The notes: generated from the letters alone by a model not told the origin. DNA of 64,000 nucleotides from Pseudomonadota bacterium (GCA_043821645.1 JBDRCO010000072.1:1-64000); one strand, 5' to 3'. Shown: positions 1-13,576, counted from the first letter of the stretch. Translations and numbers: made by a program.

Positions 1-1034
1 CGAGGATCGCGGTCGATGCGAGCGATGCTGGCAGCACGACCCAGATAGTCGTCGAGTTCGACACGCGTGGGCATGGCCGGAGCGCAGCCATGGCGCGACA
101 CCACCAGGGCGCCACAGGCGTTGGCATACCGTGCACACGTGAACAGGTCCTCGTCGCGCAGCCAGCCGCGCAGGAAGCCACTGAGAAAGGCATCACCGGC
201 ACCCAGGACGTTGAGCACCTCGACAGGAAGGCCTCGCTCGACTTGGCCGTGATCCAGATCCTGGGGGATCTCACCGGCAAAGATCACGCAACCCTTCGGC
301 CCACTCTTGAGCACCAGCAGCGCGGGGGTCTGCGAGCGCACCTGCCGCAGCGCAGAGAGGACGTCGTCGCTGCCACCGGCGATGCGGAACTCCTCCTCGG
401 TGCCGACGACGAGGTCACAGCCAGGCAGGATGGACTGCAGGTGCGCGCTGACGCGCTCGTTGCTCACATAGCGCGACTCGCCCATGCAGTGACCGGTCAA
501 CCCCCACAGCACCGGGCGGTAGTCGATGTCGAGAACCACCCGGGTGCCCGCTGCACGCGCTGCAGCCATGGCCTGCCGGCTCACCGCGTCGACCCCGGCC
601 TGCGAGAAGTGCGTGCCAGTGACCAGAAGCGCGGTGGCGCGGGCAATGAACGCCTTGTCCTCGTCGCCACACTCGACGGCCATGTCGGCGCAGTTCTCGC
701 GATAGAACACCAGGGGAAAGGTCGCGCGGTCGCGCAGGGCGAGCAGCACCAGGCCGGTGAGCCGGTGCGGGTCGGTCTGCAATCGCGACACGTCCACGCC
801 CTCGGCTAGCAGGGTCTGGCGCACAAAACGACCCATCTGCTCGTCGCCCACCCGCGACAGCATGGCCACCCGCAGGTCCTGACGCGCGCACCCCACGGCG
901 ATGTTGCCGGCGCAGCCTCCCAGGTACATGGCGAAGCTCTGCATGGCCTCGAGAGCCGAGCCCAGCTGCTCACCATAGATGTCCACCGCCACGCGCCCCA
1001 GGCAGACCAGATCCAGGGTCCTTGTCGTCGTCAT
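1..1034 (-). CDS. iolC: 5-dehydro-2-deoxygluconokinase (PfkB family, inositol catabolism); runs off the window start
   Basis: Manual translation from ATG at 1034: MTTTRTLDLVCLGRVAVDIYGEQLG...FAMYLGGCAGNIAVGCAR...RVGDEQMGRFV...FPLVFYRENCADMA. ATGA overlap with the iolB stop. Absent from the ORF track because no stop lies in the window. Confidence 0.93.
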   Translation of the reverse strand, partial: MTTTRTLDLVCLGRVAVDIYGEQLGSALEAMQSFAMYLGGCAGNIAVGCARQDLRVAMLSRVGDEQMGRFVRQTLLAEGVDVSRLQTDPHRLTGLVLLALRDRATFPLVFYRENCADMAVECGDEDKAFIARATALLVTGTHFSQAGVDAVSRQAMAAARAAGTRVVLDIDYRPVLWGLTGHCMGESRYVSNERVSAHLQSILPGCDLVVGTEEEFRIAGGSDDVLSALRQVRSQTPALLVLKSGPKGCVIFAGEIPQDLDHGQVERGLPVEVLNVLGAGDAFLSGFLRGWLRDEDLFTCARYANACGALVVSRHGCAPAMPTRVELDDYLGRAASIARIDRDP

Positions 1035-1843
1035 CGCGCGCTCCAGGGCGGGCGCCACTGCGGCGCGTCGGGATCCAGGGTCCAGCGGTGCGCCTCCGTG
1101 AATTCCGGCTGCACGTAGCGCGCGTCATCGAGGTGGCGGATGGCCCAGATGTAGTACATGCCATAACCGGGAGCCGCGACCTGGGCGTGGTCCACGGCAT
1201 CGAGGATTTTGACCGTGTCGTTGTTCTGCACGCGCAGCACGTCGTCACCCAGCTCGGCGTGGCCATAGCCCTGGGGCGCCGTGAAGCGGTAATGGTAGAG
1301 CTCCGGTTGCGGGTGGTGGTGCGGCGGGTAGCTGGACCAGCGCCCGGGCGCATGCACCACCTCACCCAGGACCAGCCGGGCCTCCGCGCTGCTGTTGCTG
1401 TCGTCGAACACCGTGCGCACCACGCGCGTGGCGGCCCCATCGACGGACCCCTGGCCGCGGACCTCCTCGCGCACCTCGCTCGCCGAGAACAGGCGAGGTT
1501 CGAACACGCGGTCGTTGATCGTGCGCAGGCAGGCTAGCTCGCAGGCCTGTTCGGCCTGGATGTCGAGCTGCGCGCCGCGGCACAGGTGCGCCACGGCCCC
1601 GGCCTGCTCAAACAGGGAGTGGCGGGCGACCTGAACGGTCCTGCCATCCAGGGACCAGTGCCCTGCGCCGTCCAGCAGCAGCCATGCGGTCTCGACCTCG
1701 GGTCTGTCCTCGAAGCGCTCCCCTGCCTCCAGGCGGAGAATGGCGAGGGCAAGACCCGCGTCGTCGTGGCGCTGCTTGAGGCCGAGCACCTCGTTCCAAC
1801 CCGTTTCGAAGCCCCCACGGTGGGCCGTGATGTGCTTTGTCAT
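1031..1843 (-). CDS. iolB: 5-deoxy-glucuronate isomerase (KduI/IolB family)
   Basis: GEVVHAPGRWSSYPPHHHPQPELYHYRF and HAQVAAPGYGMYYIW motifs; start MTKHIT preceded by GAGG; adjacent to iolC. Confidence 0.9.
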   Translation of the reverse strand: MTKHITAHRGGFETGWNEVLGLKQRHDDAGLALAILRLEAGERFEDRPEVETAWLLLDGAGHWSLDGRTVQVARHSLFEQAGAVAHLCRGAQLDIQAEQACELACLRTINDRVFEPRLFSASEVREEVRGQGSVDGAATRVVRTVFDDSNSSAEARLVLGEVVHAPGRWSSYPPHHHPQPELYHYRFTAPQGYGHAELGDDVLRVQNNDTVKILDAVDHAQVAAPGYGMYYIWAIRHLDDARYVQPEFTEAHRWTLDPDAPQWRPPWSAR

Positions 1844-1917
1844 GGTGTCCTCGATCCCGCGTTCGCGCCGTTCACCGACGACGCGCTCGGACTTTTGCAG
1901 GTCTACCGGACGAATAA

Positions 1918-4634
<2,717 letters not shown>

Positions 4635-4766
4635 GGCGCCTGCTCACGGCCCGCCCCATCGGTCGATCGTCGTAGAACGGCCCTTGTCCACCCTCTGCCC
4701 GATGCTCTACCTCTGCCACTGTGCCGAAATGTAGGAGAACCGCGCACCACGTGACGGAGCTTCTCC

Positions 4767-6791
4767 ATGCACCGACGCAGCATCTGGATCCTGGCCCTGA
4801 GCGGTCTTGCCACATCGTGCCTTGACCTCTCGGGCCTGCAGCCGTTCACGGACGAAGGGGATCCCGCCGAGCAGGCTTTTTCCGGAGAGGTGCTGCTGGC
4901 CACCTTCACTCCCCAGGGTCCCTATCTGGTCTCCCCTGTCCTCGAGGTGCCCGATGGTGCCACGCGCATCGCACTGATGGTGGATCTCGCCGATGAGCGA
5001 GACCTGTTCGAGATCCATGGGGCCGCTGCAGACCCTTCCCAGGCCGCGCTTGTCTGGGAGACGGCCGTGGAGACCTGGCGGGAGGGCTCCCGGCACGTGG
5101 CGCGCATCGAACTGGCGGGGGTGAGCCACAGGGCGCAGATCCGACTTCCCGCCATCGAGGCTCCGCGCATCGTCGCGCTCGTCTGGTCCGCCCTGGTTCC
5201 TCCCGAGCGCGCTTCCGTCGAGGAAGGGCAGGCCCCGCGCACACGTCCCTCGATCCAGCGCCAGGCCCTGGTCACCGGCGCCATCCCACGATCGGGCTGG
5301 GGTGCGCGGGCACCGAGCTGCGTGACACCAGAGTCCTTCTTCAATCGCATGACCGTGCATCACACGGTCACCGCACCCTCGATCAATGGAGACTTCGCTG
5401 CGCGCATCCGCGAGATACAGGCCTACCACATGGACGGCCGCGGCTACTGCGACATCGCCTACAACTACCTGGTGACGACGGACGGCCGGACCTGGGAAGG
5501 CCGCGGCACCAACCGCGGTGGCCACGTTCTCAACGAGAACGCCAACAACATCGGCGTCAGCTTCATCGGCTGCTTTCACACCAGCGACTGCGCGGGCCTT
5601 GGTCCCAACATCCCACCTGCGGAGATGATCCTCGGCGGCGCGGTGCTCATCGGCGCCCTCGCCATCCAGCACGGCATCGCCATCTCGGGTTCAACCGTGC
5701 TGGGCCACCGCGACATCGGCCAGACCGCCTGCCCGGGGGACCACCTTTATGGCCGTCTGGGAGAGATCCGAGATCGTGCGCGCCAGGGCGGCACGGCCGT
5801 GGATGACGGGGGCTGCACGCCCACCCAGCGCTCCAACTGCGGCGCCTATGGCTGCGGTTGCGCCGACGGCCAGTGCTCCGGCGGCTACTGTCCAGGCAAC
5901 GGTTGCTCGGCTCAGCAGGTCCAGAACTGCGGCGCCTATGGCTGCAACTGCGTCGACGGTCAGTGCAACGGCGGCTATTGCCCGGGCACAGGCTGCACGG
6001 TCAAGGAGACCCAGGATTGCGGTAACTACGGCTGCGGCTGCGTCGACCACGCCTGCAACGGTGTGTTCTGCGAGGGCACAGGCTGCACCGCACGCGAAAC
6101 CCTGGATTGTGGCAACTACGGCTGCACCTGTGTCGACCATGCCTGCAACGGCGCGTTCTGCGAGGGTTCGGGGTGCACCGCACGCGAGGCCCTGACCTGC
6201 ACCGACCAGGCCCAGGACTGCAAGGACCATACATGCCGTTCACCAGAACCCTCGTGCGATCCCGATGCCTGCGCGGTGTACGGCGTGATCTGCTGCCCGG
6301 GCATGGATGGCTGCGTCAACTGGTTCGTCGACAACGGCAACTGCGGCGGCTGCGGTGTGACCTGCACCACAGGCGAGACCTGTGACCTGGGCCGCTGCGA
6401 GGGAGCCGACGGCTGCACCAGCGACGAGCGCAATGGCTGCGGCAATACCGCGTGCGTCGACGGCGTCTGCCAGCCCACCCCTGTCGTCGATGCGGGATCC
6501 GCACCGGGCTCCGATGCAGGCGCGCCACCCGCCTTGGATGCAGGTGCTGCGAACATGCAGGACAGCGCGATCGCTGTCGATGCGACCCCCGGCACCCAGG
6601 ACGACGCCAGCGCACCGTCCAGCGCCGATACCCCCGACAACCAGGGGGTACCGCCAGACCAGAGTGGTCCCTCCGACAACAGGGCGAGCGCGGGGTGCGG
6701 CTGTCACAGCGCCAGCAGCGGCCACAGCCTGGTACCCTGGGCCCTGGCACTGCTGCTCCCCTGGCGCCGACGCCGGGCGTGCTCGAGGTGA
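4767..6791 (+). CDS. Lipoprotein with a PGRP-like Zn-dependent N-acetylmuramoyl-L-alanine amidase domain, Cys-rich repeats and a C-terminal MYXO-CTERM
   Basis: Lipobox LATSC; RSGWGAR, VHHT, IQAYHMDGRGYCDIAYNYLV, EGRG, GHRD..TACPG; C-terminal GCGC-hydrophobic helix-RRRR. Confidence 0.85.
   Translation: MHRRSIWILALSGLATSCLDLSGLQPFTDEGDPAEQAFSGEVLLATFTPQGPYLVSPVLEVPDGATRIALMVDLADERDLFEIHGAAADPSQAALVWETAVETWREGSRHVARIELAGVSHRAQIRLPAIEAPRIVALVWSALVPPERASVEEGQAPRTRPSIQRQALVTGAIPRSGWGARAPSCVTPESFFNRMTVHHTVTAPSINGDFAARIREIQAYHMDGRGYCDIAYNYLVTTDGRTWEGRGTNRGGHVLNENANNIGVSFIGCFHTSDCAGLGPNIPPAEMILGGAVLIGALAIQHGIAISGSTVLGHRDIGQTACPGDHLYGRLGEIRDRARQGGTAVDDGGCTPTQRSNCGAYGCGCADGQCSGGYCPGNGCSAQQVQNCGAYGCNCVDGQCNGGYCPGTGCTVKETQDCGNYGCGCVDHACNGVFCEGTGCTARETLDCGNYGCTCVDHACNGAFCEGSGCTAREALTCTDQAQDCKDHTCRSPEPSCDPDACAVYGVICCPGMDGCVNWFVDNGNCGGCGVTCTTGETCDLGRCEGADGCTSDERNGCGNTACVDGVCQPTPVVDAGSAPGSDAGAPPALDAGAANMQDSAIAVDATPGTQDDASAPSSADTPDNQGVPPDQSGPSDNRASAGCGCHSASSGHSLVPWALALLLPWRRRRACSR
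5811..6240 (+). repeat. Coding tandem repeat, 90-nt/30-aa period (GCTxxxxxxCGxYGCxCxDxxCxGxxCxGx), 4 full copies plus 1 partial
   Basis: GGC/GGT/GGG-TGC unit starts at 5811, 5901, 5991, 6081 and 6171. Confidence 0.9.
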
Positions 6792-6793
6792 CC

Positions 6794-8284
6794 ATGTACT
6801 GCGCACGCCGAGTCTGGATCGCGACCGCTCTTGGCTTGCTGCTGCTGGCGACCCCATCCAGCGCTGCCGACGTGTGGAGCGATCCCTTCCCGGGCATCCG
6901 CTACCTGCACCGTTCGACCACGCAGCCCAAGGAGATCCATGCGCTGGTGGTGGACCTGACCCACCCTGCGATCTTCTTGCGCGCCACCAAGAGCGACGAG
7001 CGCGGTCGCACCGTGACCTCGTTCTCGAACCTGGTGGGGGCGGCGGCCGCGGTCAACGGCGACTTCTACAACACCGATGGATCCTACGACCCCGTGGGCC
7101 TGGCCATCGGTGAAGGCTTGCAGTGGACGGACGGCCAGGATTCCACCAGCCACAACTTCATGGCCTGTACCGCGCTCAACGACTGCCTCCTGGACATCTC
7201 GAGCAACGCGGTGACGCCGGATCCGTCGTGGTGGAGTGCGGTGGGCGGCAACACCGGCCTCATCTCCAGTGGCGTCAAGTGGACCAGCGCCCAGGACACG
7301 AGCTGCGGGTCCTTCTGCACCACCTTGCACCCGCGTACCGCCGCGGGCCTGTCCCAGGACGGCAATACCCTGATCCTCGTCGTGGTGGAGGGCCGACAGG
7401 ACCCCATCCTCGGCATGTCGCTGAGCAGCCTGGCCACGCTGATGGAGGAACTGGGGGCTTACAACGCCCTCAACCTCGATGGCGGAGGCTCCTCCTCCAT
7501 GGTGGTCGATGGATCCCGCGTCAGTGGCCGACCTGCCAACGAGCCCAGCGAGCGGAGCGTGGCCAATCACCTGGCCGTGATCTACGACGCTACCCGGGCC
7601 ACCAGTGGCCGCCTGGTGGGCTACGTGCGCGAGAACGACATCTACAACACCACGGGTCCCATCGCCGGAGCCCTGGTTCACCTGTCCACGGGCCAGAACG
7701 CCACAACCTCGGACACCGGCTTGTATGACTTTGCCGAGGTGGTCCCTGGCACGGTCACCGTCACCGCGAGCAAGCCGGGCTACCAGGACTCCAGCCTGGA
7801 CAAGGTCATCGAAGCAGGCATCACCAACTGGCGCTCCATGGCGCTCGTGGCAACGCCCCTCGACGCGGGAATATCAAGCGACGCCGCAACGGCGGCCGAC
7901 GCGACCTCTCCGCCGGTGGACAGCGGGTCAGGTGCGGCCGATGGCGCCACCGCAGTCGACGCCGGGACCACCCCCCGCGACGTCGGGACCTCGGCCAGCG
8001 ATGCCGGGCTCGGGCGAGACAGTGCGAGCACCGCAGTGGATTCTGGCGCTGACCCGGACACCAGGCAAAGCGATGCCACCCCGGCGTCCGATCTGGGCAG
8101 CAGCCCGGTCGAGGATTCGGGAGTGCTGGTGCTCGACGTGCCGCCCCGTGAACCAGACGACAACGTCGCCACGGCCGGGGGATGTTACTGCGCCGGCGGA
8201 CGCGGTCCGCAGCCAGCGGGGATGCGATGGCTGGGTCTCGTACTCGTGGCCTTGTGGCGGCGTGCTCGCTTCAGGAGCCTGTGA
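6794..8284 (+). CDS. Secreted phosphodiester glycosidase (NAGPA/DUF2233 family) with a carboxypeptidase-regulatory-like domain and MYXO-CTERM
   Basis: Signal peptide; AAVNGDFY, HPRTAAG, VVEGRQ, ALNLDGGGSSSM, ERSVAN; DAG-rich linker; GGCYC...WLGLVLVALWRRAR tail; start ATG 6794 after GAGG. Confidence 0.85.
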   Translation: MYCARRVWIATALGLLLLATPSSAADVWSDPFPGIRYLHRSTTQPKEIHALVVDLTHPAIFLRATKSDERGRTVTSFSNLVGAAAAVNGDFYNTDGSYDPVGLAIGEGLQWTDGQDSTSHNFMACTALNDCLLDISSNAVTPDPSWWSAVGGNTGLISSGVKWTSAQDTSCGSFCTTLHPRTAAGLSQDGNTLILVVVEGRQDPILGMSLSSLATLMEELGAYNALNLDGGGSSSMVVDGSRVSGRPANEPSERSVANHLAVIYDATRATSGRLVGYVRENDIYNTTGPIAGALVHLSTGQNATTSDTGLYDFAEVVPGTVTVTASKPGYQDSSLDKVIEAGITNWRSMALVATPLDAGISSDAATAADATSPPVDSGSGAADGATAVDAGTTPRDVGTSASDAGLGRDSASTAVDSGADPDTRQSDATPASDLGSSPVEDSGVLVLDVPPREPDDNVATAGGCYCAGGRGPQPAGMRWLGLVLVALWRRARFRSL

Positions 8285-8508
8285 CCGACTCTTCGCGGTA
8301 CCCATCCCGACCGTCGCTGCCGTTGCCGCCATCGCGGCCTGCTCCTCCGCGGTGATCGCCGCGCAGGCCCAGCCCGGCCGTCGTGACGACCTGCCAACCC
8401 AGCAGCTCATTGCTATGTAGGCGTCAGGCGCACACACGCCGTTTCGAACCATCACGCTCGGTGCGGGACGCGACTGCATGCGACCTGTGCGCCGGCCAAG
8501 GAGCGATT

Positions 8509-9291
8509 ATGACCTCCCCACAACCCGTGATCTCCTGCCGGGCTCTCCGCGTCTTTGTCGAGGACAAGGAGATCGTGCGCGGCGTGGATCTCGACGTGTA
8601 TGCCGGCGAGAAGCACGCCCTCATGGGTCCAAATGGTTCGGGAAAGTCCACCCTGGCCAGTGCCCTGATGGGACAACCGGGTTATCGCGTCGAGGGCGAG
8701 ATCTTGCTCGAGGGTGAACCCGTGCAGGAGCTGTCACCTGACGAGCGCGCCCGGCGCGGCATGTTCCTTGGTTTTCAGTACCCGGTGGCCGTGCCCGGGC
8801 TGTCGGTCGCCAGCTTCATGAAGGCCGTGCTCGAGGTACAGCGCGGCGCCAAGGTGGCCGTACGCGCCTTTCGAGAGGACATGAAGAGCACCCTGAGCTT
8901 GCTGGACCTGCCCGCAGAGTTCATGAGCCGCTATCTCAACGATGGTTTTTCGGGCGGCGAGAAGAAGCGCCTCGAGCTGATGCAGCTGCTGATGATACAG
9001 CCCCGCTTCGCCCTCCTCGACGAGATCGATAGTGGCCTCGATATCGACGCCCTCAAGACCGTGGCCCGGGGCATCTCCCGCGCCGCGGACGCAGGAGCCG
9101 GGGTGCTGCTGGTGACGCACTACCAGCGCATCCTCGACCACGTGAAGCCGGACCGTGTGCACGTCTTCAAGGACGGGCGCATCGTGCGCTCGGGTGGCGC
9201 CGAGGTGGCGGCCGAGCTCGAGGCCCATGGCTACGAGACAAACCCGATGGTGAACCCGGCGCAGGCCGCCACCATCGCCGCGGGGGTGTGA
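8509..9291 (+). CDS. sufC: Fe-S cluster assembly ATPase SufC
   Basis: [52 protein letters not shown] upstream of ATG 8509. Confidence 0.96.
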   Translation: MTSPQPVISCRALRVFVEDKEIVRGVDLDVYAGEKHALMGPNGSGKSTLASALMGQPGYRVEGEILLEGEPVQELSPDERARRGMFLGFQYPVAVPGLSVASFMKAVLEVQRGAKVAVRAFREDMKSTLSLLDLPAEFMSRYLNDGFSGGEKKRLELMQLLMIQPRFALLDEIDSGLDIDALKTVARGISRAADAGAGVLLVTHYQRILDHVKPDRVHVFKDGRIVRSGGAEVAAELEAHGYETNPMVNPAQAATIAAGV

Positions 9292-10712
9292 ACATGGTCG
9301 CCGACACCTCCATCACGGGAATCAACCAGGACTACCTGGAGCGCTACGGTTTTCACGACGTCGAGCACTACCTGCACACCTCGCCAAAGGGCCTGAGCCA
9401 CGAGCTGGTCGACGTGATCTCACGCTACAAGAGCGAGCCGGACTGGATGCGCGCGTTCAGACACCGGGCGCTGGACATCTTCGAGCAGAAGCCCATGCCG
9501 CCCTGGGGCGACCAGGAGATGCTGCGCCAGATCGACTTCGCCAACATTCACTACTACGTCCGGCCCACGGACCGGCAGAGCCGCTCCTGGGATGATGTGC
9601 CCGCCGACATCAAGCGTACCTTCGATCGCCTGGGTGTTCCCGAGGCCGAGCGCAAGTTCCTGGCCGGGGTCAGCGCCCAGTACGAGTCCGAGGTGGTGTA
9701 TCACTCGATCCGCGCCGACCTCGAGAAACAGGGCGTGCTGTTCTGCGACATGGACAGTGGCCTGCGCCTGCATCCAGACATCGTGCAGCGTTACTTCTCG
9801 ACGGTGATCCCGCCCGCGGACAACAAATTTGCCGCGCTCAACAGCGCGGTGTGGTCGGGCGGTTCCTTCATCTACGTGCCACCCGGCGTCAAGGTGGAGA
9901 TCCCGCTGCAGGCATACTTCCGGATCAACATCGAGAACATGGGTCAGTTCGAGCGCACCCTGATCATCGCCGACGAGGGTTCCAGCGTGCATTACATCGA
10001 GGGTTGCACCGCGCCGGTGTACTCGTCGGACTCGCTGCACTCGGCCGTGGTCGAGCTCATCGCATTCAAGGGCGCGCACATCCGCTACACCACGATCCAG
10101 AACTGGTCGACCAACGTGTTCAACCTGGTGACCAAGCGCGCGGTGGCCCACGAGGACGCCGTCATCGAGTGGATCGACGGCAACCTCGGCAGCAAGCTGA
10201 CCATGAAGTATCCCTCGGTCATTCTCAAGGGACCGCGCGCTCACGGCGAGGTGCTCAGCATCGCCTACGCTGGCGACGGCATGCACCAGGACGCCGGCGC
10301 CAAGATGATTCACGCCGCACCGGACACCACCAGCCGCATCATCAGCAAATCGATCTCCAAGGGGCAGGGCCGGTCGTCTTACCGCGGCCTGGTGCGCATG
10401 GAACGCGGTGCCGTGCGCTCGCGCACCAGTGTCGAGTGCGACGCCTTGCTCATCGGAGACGCGGCGCGCTCGGACACCTACCCGACCATGGAGATCGGGG
10501 AGCAGGACGTGCGCGTGGAACACGAAGCTCGGGTGTCCAAGCTCGGCGACGAGCAGCTGTTCTACCTGCAAAGCCGCGGTCTCAGCGCAGACAAGGCTCG
10601 GCTGATGATCGTCAATGGTTTCATCGAACCTTTCGTCCGCGAGTTGCCCATGGAGTACGCGGTCGAGCTGAACCGGCTCATCGCCCTGGAGATGGAGGGA
10701 AGTGTTGGCTGA
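9288..10712 (+). CDS. sufB: Fe-S cluster assembly protein SufB
   Basis: [56 protein letters not shown]. Confidence 0.97.
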   Translation: MNMVADTSITGINQDYLERYGFHDVEHYLHTSPKGLSHELVDVISRYKSEPDWMRAFRHRALDIFEQKPMPPWGDQEMLRQIDFANIHYYVRPTDRQSRSWDDVPADIKRTFDRLGVPEAERKFLAGVSAQYESEVVYHSIRADLEKQGVLFCDMDSGLRLHPDIVQRYFSTVIPPADNKFAALNSAVWSGGSFIYVPPGVKVEIPLQAYFRINIENMGQFERTLIIADEGSSVHYIEGCTAPVYSSDSLHSAVVELIAFKGAHIRYTTIQNWSTNVFNLVTKRAVAHEDAVIEWIDGNLGSKLTMKYPSVILKGPRAHGEVLSIAYAGDGMHQDAGAKMIHAAPDTTSRIISKSISKGQGRSSYRGLVRMERGAVRSRTSVECDALLIGDAARSDTYPTMEIGEQDVRVEHEARVSKLGDEQLFYLQSRGLSADKARLMIVNGFIEPFVRELPMEYAVELNRLIALEMEGSVG

Positions 10713-12000
10713 CACAGCACAGATAGAGGCGGATCCCAGGCCGGTGGTGACGACGCACGTGCTGGACATGCTCGGTCGCAGCCGATCCGAACCCGAGTTC
10801 TTGCGCAGTCTTCGCTTGCGGGCCAGGCACAGCTACCAGGCGCAGGCCCTGCCGCGACGCAGCGAGCACCTGTGGAAGTATTCGGACCCGGCACGCTTGT
10901 GGCCCCGGGGTGAGCCCGTGAGCTTGGGGCCAGTGCACCCCCTTCCCCTGCCTGCGCTCGACGGGCGAGGCGCGATGACCGTGGTGCAGCCCGGGACCCA
11001 GCTGCGCGCCACCGTCGACGCCCGCGTGGCCGAACAGGGCGTGCGCATCGTGTGTCTGGGCGAAGACGGGCCTCAGCTTCACCTCCTGGGTCAGGCCGTA
11101 CCCGCGGAGCACGGGCTGTTCGAAGCCCTCAACCTGGCCACCTTCTCCGCAGGGGCCATGATCTACATTCCGCGCGGTGTACGCGTGACCCTGCCGCTCC
11201 ATGTGGTGATCGCCGCGACCCAGGCCCACAGCGCTGCTCGTCTGCTCGTGGTGATCGAGGAAGGGGCCGAGGCCACCATCGTCGAGGAGCACCTCGGCGG
11301 CGATCTCGAGGCGCGTGCCAGCACGGTGAGCGAGCTGTTCGTGGCACCCGGGGCCACGCTGCAACATGTGCTGATCCAGGACTGGCCCGTGACGGTCTCC
11401 GGCCACCAGACCGTGCGTGCCTGCGTGGAGCGCGACGGCCATTTCGCGTCACTGCTGCTCAACCTGGGTGGGCGCGACAGCAAGCTGGACCTCGGAGCAC
11501 GCCTCGAGGGATCCGGAGCGAGCAGCGAGATGGTGGGTGTGGTGCTCGGCGACGACCGGCAGCGCCTGGACCTGCACACGGTACAAGATCACGCCGCGGC
11601 CCACGGCACGTCCAGCATCGACGTCAAGGTGGTGCTGGGGCAGCGCGCCGAGGCAGCGTACACGGGCCTCATCCGCGTGGCGAAGGATGCCCCTGGCTGC
11701 AAGGCCTACCAGGAAAACCGCAACCTGCTGCTGTCGTCGCGGGCTCGCGCGCAGACCATCCCCGAGCTGGAGATCCTGACCGACGACGTGTCGTGCAGTC
11801 ATGGCGCCACGGTCTCTCCGGTGGACCCGGCCCAGCTGTTTTACCTGCAGAGCCGAGGCCTGCCCGCCCCGCAGGCGCTGCGGCTGGTGGTCCAGAGCTT
11901 CTTCGAGAACACCCTGGCGCGCTTGCCCGAAGCCCTTCGTGTCGACGTGGAGCAAAGGCTGGCGCCGCGATTGGACAGCATGAGTGGGGTGGTGGCATGA
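10702..12000 (+). CDS. sufD: Fe-S cluster assembly protein SufD
   Basis: [41 protein letters not shown]; position in operon. Confidence 0.92.
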   Translation: MLADTAQIEADPRPVVTTHVLDMLGRSRSEPEFLRSLRLRARHSYQAQALPRRSEHLWKYSDPARLWPRGEPVSLGPVHPLPLPALDGRGAMTVVQPGTQLRATVDARVAEQGVRIVCLGEDGPQLHLLGQAVPAEHGLFEALNLATFSAGAMIYIPRGVRVTLPLHVVIAATQAHSAARLLVVIEEGAEATIVEEHLGGDLEARASTVSELFVAPGATLQHVLIQDWPVTVSGHQTVRACVERDGHFASLLLNLGGRDSKLDLGARLEGSGASSEMVGVVLGDDRQRLDLHTVQDHAAAHGTSSIDVKVVLGQRAEAAYTGLIRVAKDAPGCKAYQENRNLLLSSRARAQTIPELEILTDDVSCSHGATVSPVDPAQLFYLQSRGLPAPQALRLVVQSFFENTLARLPEALRVDVEQRLAPRLDSMSGVVA

Positions 12001-12320
12001 CCTGGACCCGCGCCGCGGCACTCGACGATCTTCCCCTGGGCGGCGCGCGCAGCGTCGTGGTCGAGGGCGAGAACCTTCTGCTGTGCCGGGTCGACGCGGC
12101 ACAGATCTGTGCACTCGTGGATCGCTGCAGTCACGACGGTGCAGCCTTCGGCTCCCGTGATCTGCGGGGCTTCGAGCTGGATTGCCCACGCCACGGCGCG
12201 CGCTTTGACGTGCGCGATGGCAGCGTGCTCAGGGCTCCAGCGACGGCTCCACTGGAGTCTGTGGCTGTACGCGTTGCTGACGACAACCACGTCGAGGTCG
12301 AGCTGGAGTCTCTGTCGTGA
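11997..12320 (+). CDS. Rieske-type [2Fe-2S] ferredoxin within the suf operon
   Basis: CSH...CPRHGARFDVRDG Rieske motifs; ATGA overlap with the sufD stop. Confidence 0.9.
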   Translation: MTWTRAAALDDLPLGGARSVVVEGENLLLCRVDAAQICALVDRCSHDGAAFGSRDLRGFELDCPRHGARFDVRDGSVLRAPATAPLESVAVRVADDNHVEVELESLS

Positions 12321-13576
12321 CGGCGACCCTCAGCTCCGTCGAACTCTCGTCCCTGCCCTTGCACGAGCGCCTGCGCGGTCTGTTTCCAGCTCTGCAGCGG
12401 CAGGTGCAGGGCAAACCTCTGGTGTACCTCGACAGCGCGGCCACAGCGCTCAAGCCCGCCACGGTCATCGAGGCCGAGGCAGACTTCTATCGACGTCACG
12501 CGGGCACCGTACACCGCGGCATGCACCTGCTGGTGGCGGAGGCCACGCGGGAGTACGAGGCCGCTCGCGAGCGCGTGGCCCGCTGGATAGGTGCGCCCTC
12601 GGCATCGGGGGTCGTGTTCACGCGCTGCGCCACCGCGGGCCTGAACCTGATCGCCCGGGGCCTGGAGCACGAGCTGGCCGAGGGCGACGAGATCCTGCTC
12701 ACCGAGATGGAGCACCACGCCAACCTGGTGCCCTGGATCATGCTTGCTCGTCGACAAGGAGTGACCCTGCGGCACATCCCTTTCGACACCCGGGGCGAGC
12801 TGGACCTGTCGAGCCTGTCCACGCTGCTGGGACCGCGGACCCGCGTGGTGTCCCTGACTCACACCTCCAACGTGCTGGGCACGGTCAATCCCGTGGCCGA
12901 GATCGCCCGGAGAGCGCACAGGCTTGGCGCCCTGGTGGTGGTGGATGCAGCCCAGGCTGTGGGACATCGGACCGTCGACATGCGGGCCCTGGACGCCGAT
13001 CTGCTCGTGTTCTCCGCGCACAAATGTTACGCGCCTACCGGCGTGGGCGTGCTCGCTGGGACCGCGGAGGCCCTGCACCGCCTGGAACCTCTCGAGGGGG
13101 GTGGCGAGATGATCCTGGAGGTGCAGCTGGACCGCGCGACCTGGGCAGAGATCCCCCAGCGCTTCGAGGCTGGCACACCCAACGCCGCAGGGGTCGTGGG
13201 TCTGGTCGCCGCCATCGATCTTCTCGACGAGATCGGTCTGGATGTCGTGCGACGCCATGAGCAGGACATCACGGCGCATGCGATCGAGGCGCTGCAGGCG
13301 CTGGGAGGTCTGAGCCTGCACGGACCACTGGACGCTACCCAGCGCGGTGGCCTGATCAGCTTCTCTGATCCGGGTTTGCATCCTCACGATATGAGTGCGG
13401 TCCTGGACCAGCACGGGATCGCGGTGCGCGCGGGCCACCACTGTGCCCAACCCCTGCACAGACGCCTGGGGGTGGCAGCCACCACGCGGGCATCCTTCGG
13501 CGTGTACTCGGGTCCCGACGACGTGGCCGCGCTGGTCGAAGGCCTGCGCGACGCCAGGAGGTTCTTCGCATGCTGA
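12317..13576 (+). CDS. sufS: Cysteine desulfurase SufS
   Basis: YLDSAAT, MEHHANLVPW, DAAQ, SAHK (PLP Lys), FEAGTP, RAGHHCAQPL. Confidence 0.96.
   Translation: MTATLSSVELSSLPLHERLRGLFPALQRQVQGKPLVYLDSAATALKPATVIEAEADFYRRHAGTVHRGMHLLVAEATREYEAARERVARWIGAPSASGVVFTRCATAGLNLIARGLEHELAEGDEILLTEMEHHANLVPWIMLARRQGVTLRHIPFDTRGELDLSSLSTLLGPRTRVVSLTHTSNVLGTVNPVAEIARRAHRLGALVVVDAAQAVGHRTVDMRALDADLLVFSAHKCYAPTGVGVLAGTAEALHRLEPLEGGGEMILEVQLDRATWAEIPQRFEAGTPNAAGVVGLVAAIDLLDEIGLDVVRRHEQDITAHAIEALQALGGLSLHGPLDATQRGGLISFSDPGLHPHDMSAVLDQHGIAVRAGHHCAQPLHRRLGVAATTRASFGVYSGPDDVAALVEGLRDARRFFAC

Noticed and set aside
5811-6240. Regular repeats as a possible CRISPR array (also 35900-37290 and 48690-50555)
   Set aside because: In-frame, degenerate coding repeats without unique spacers; no cas genes.
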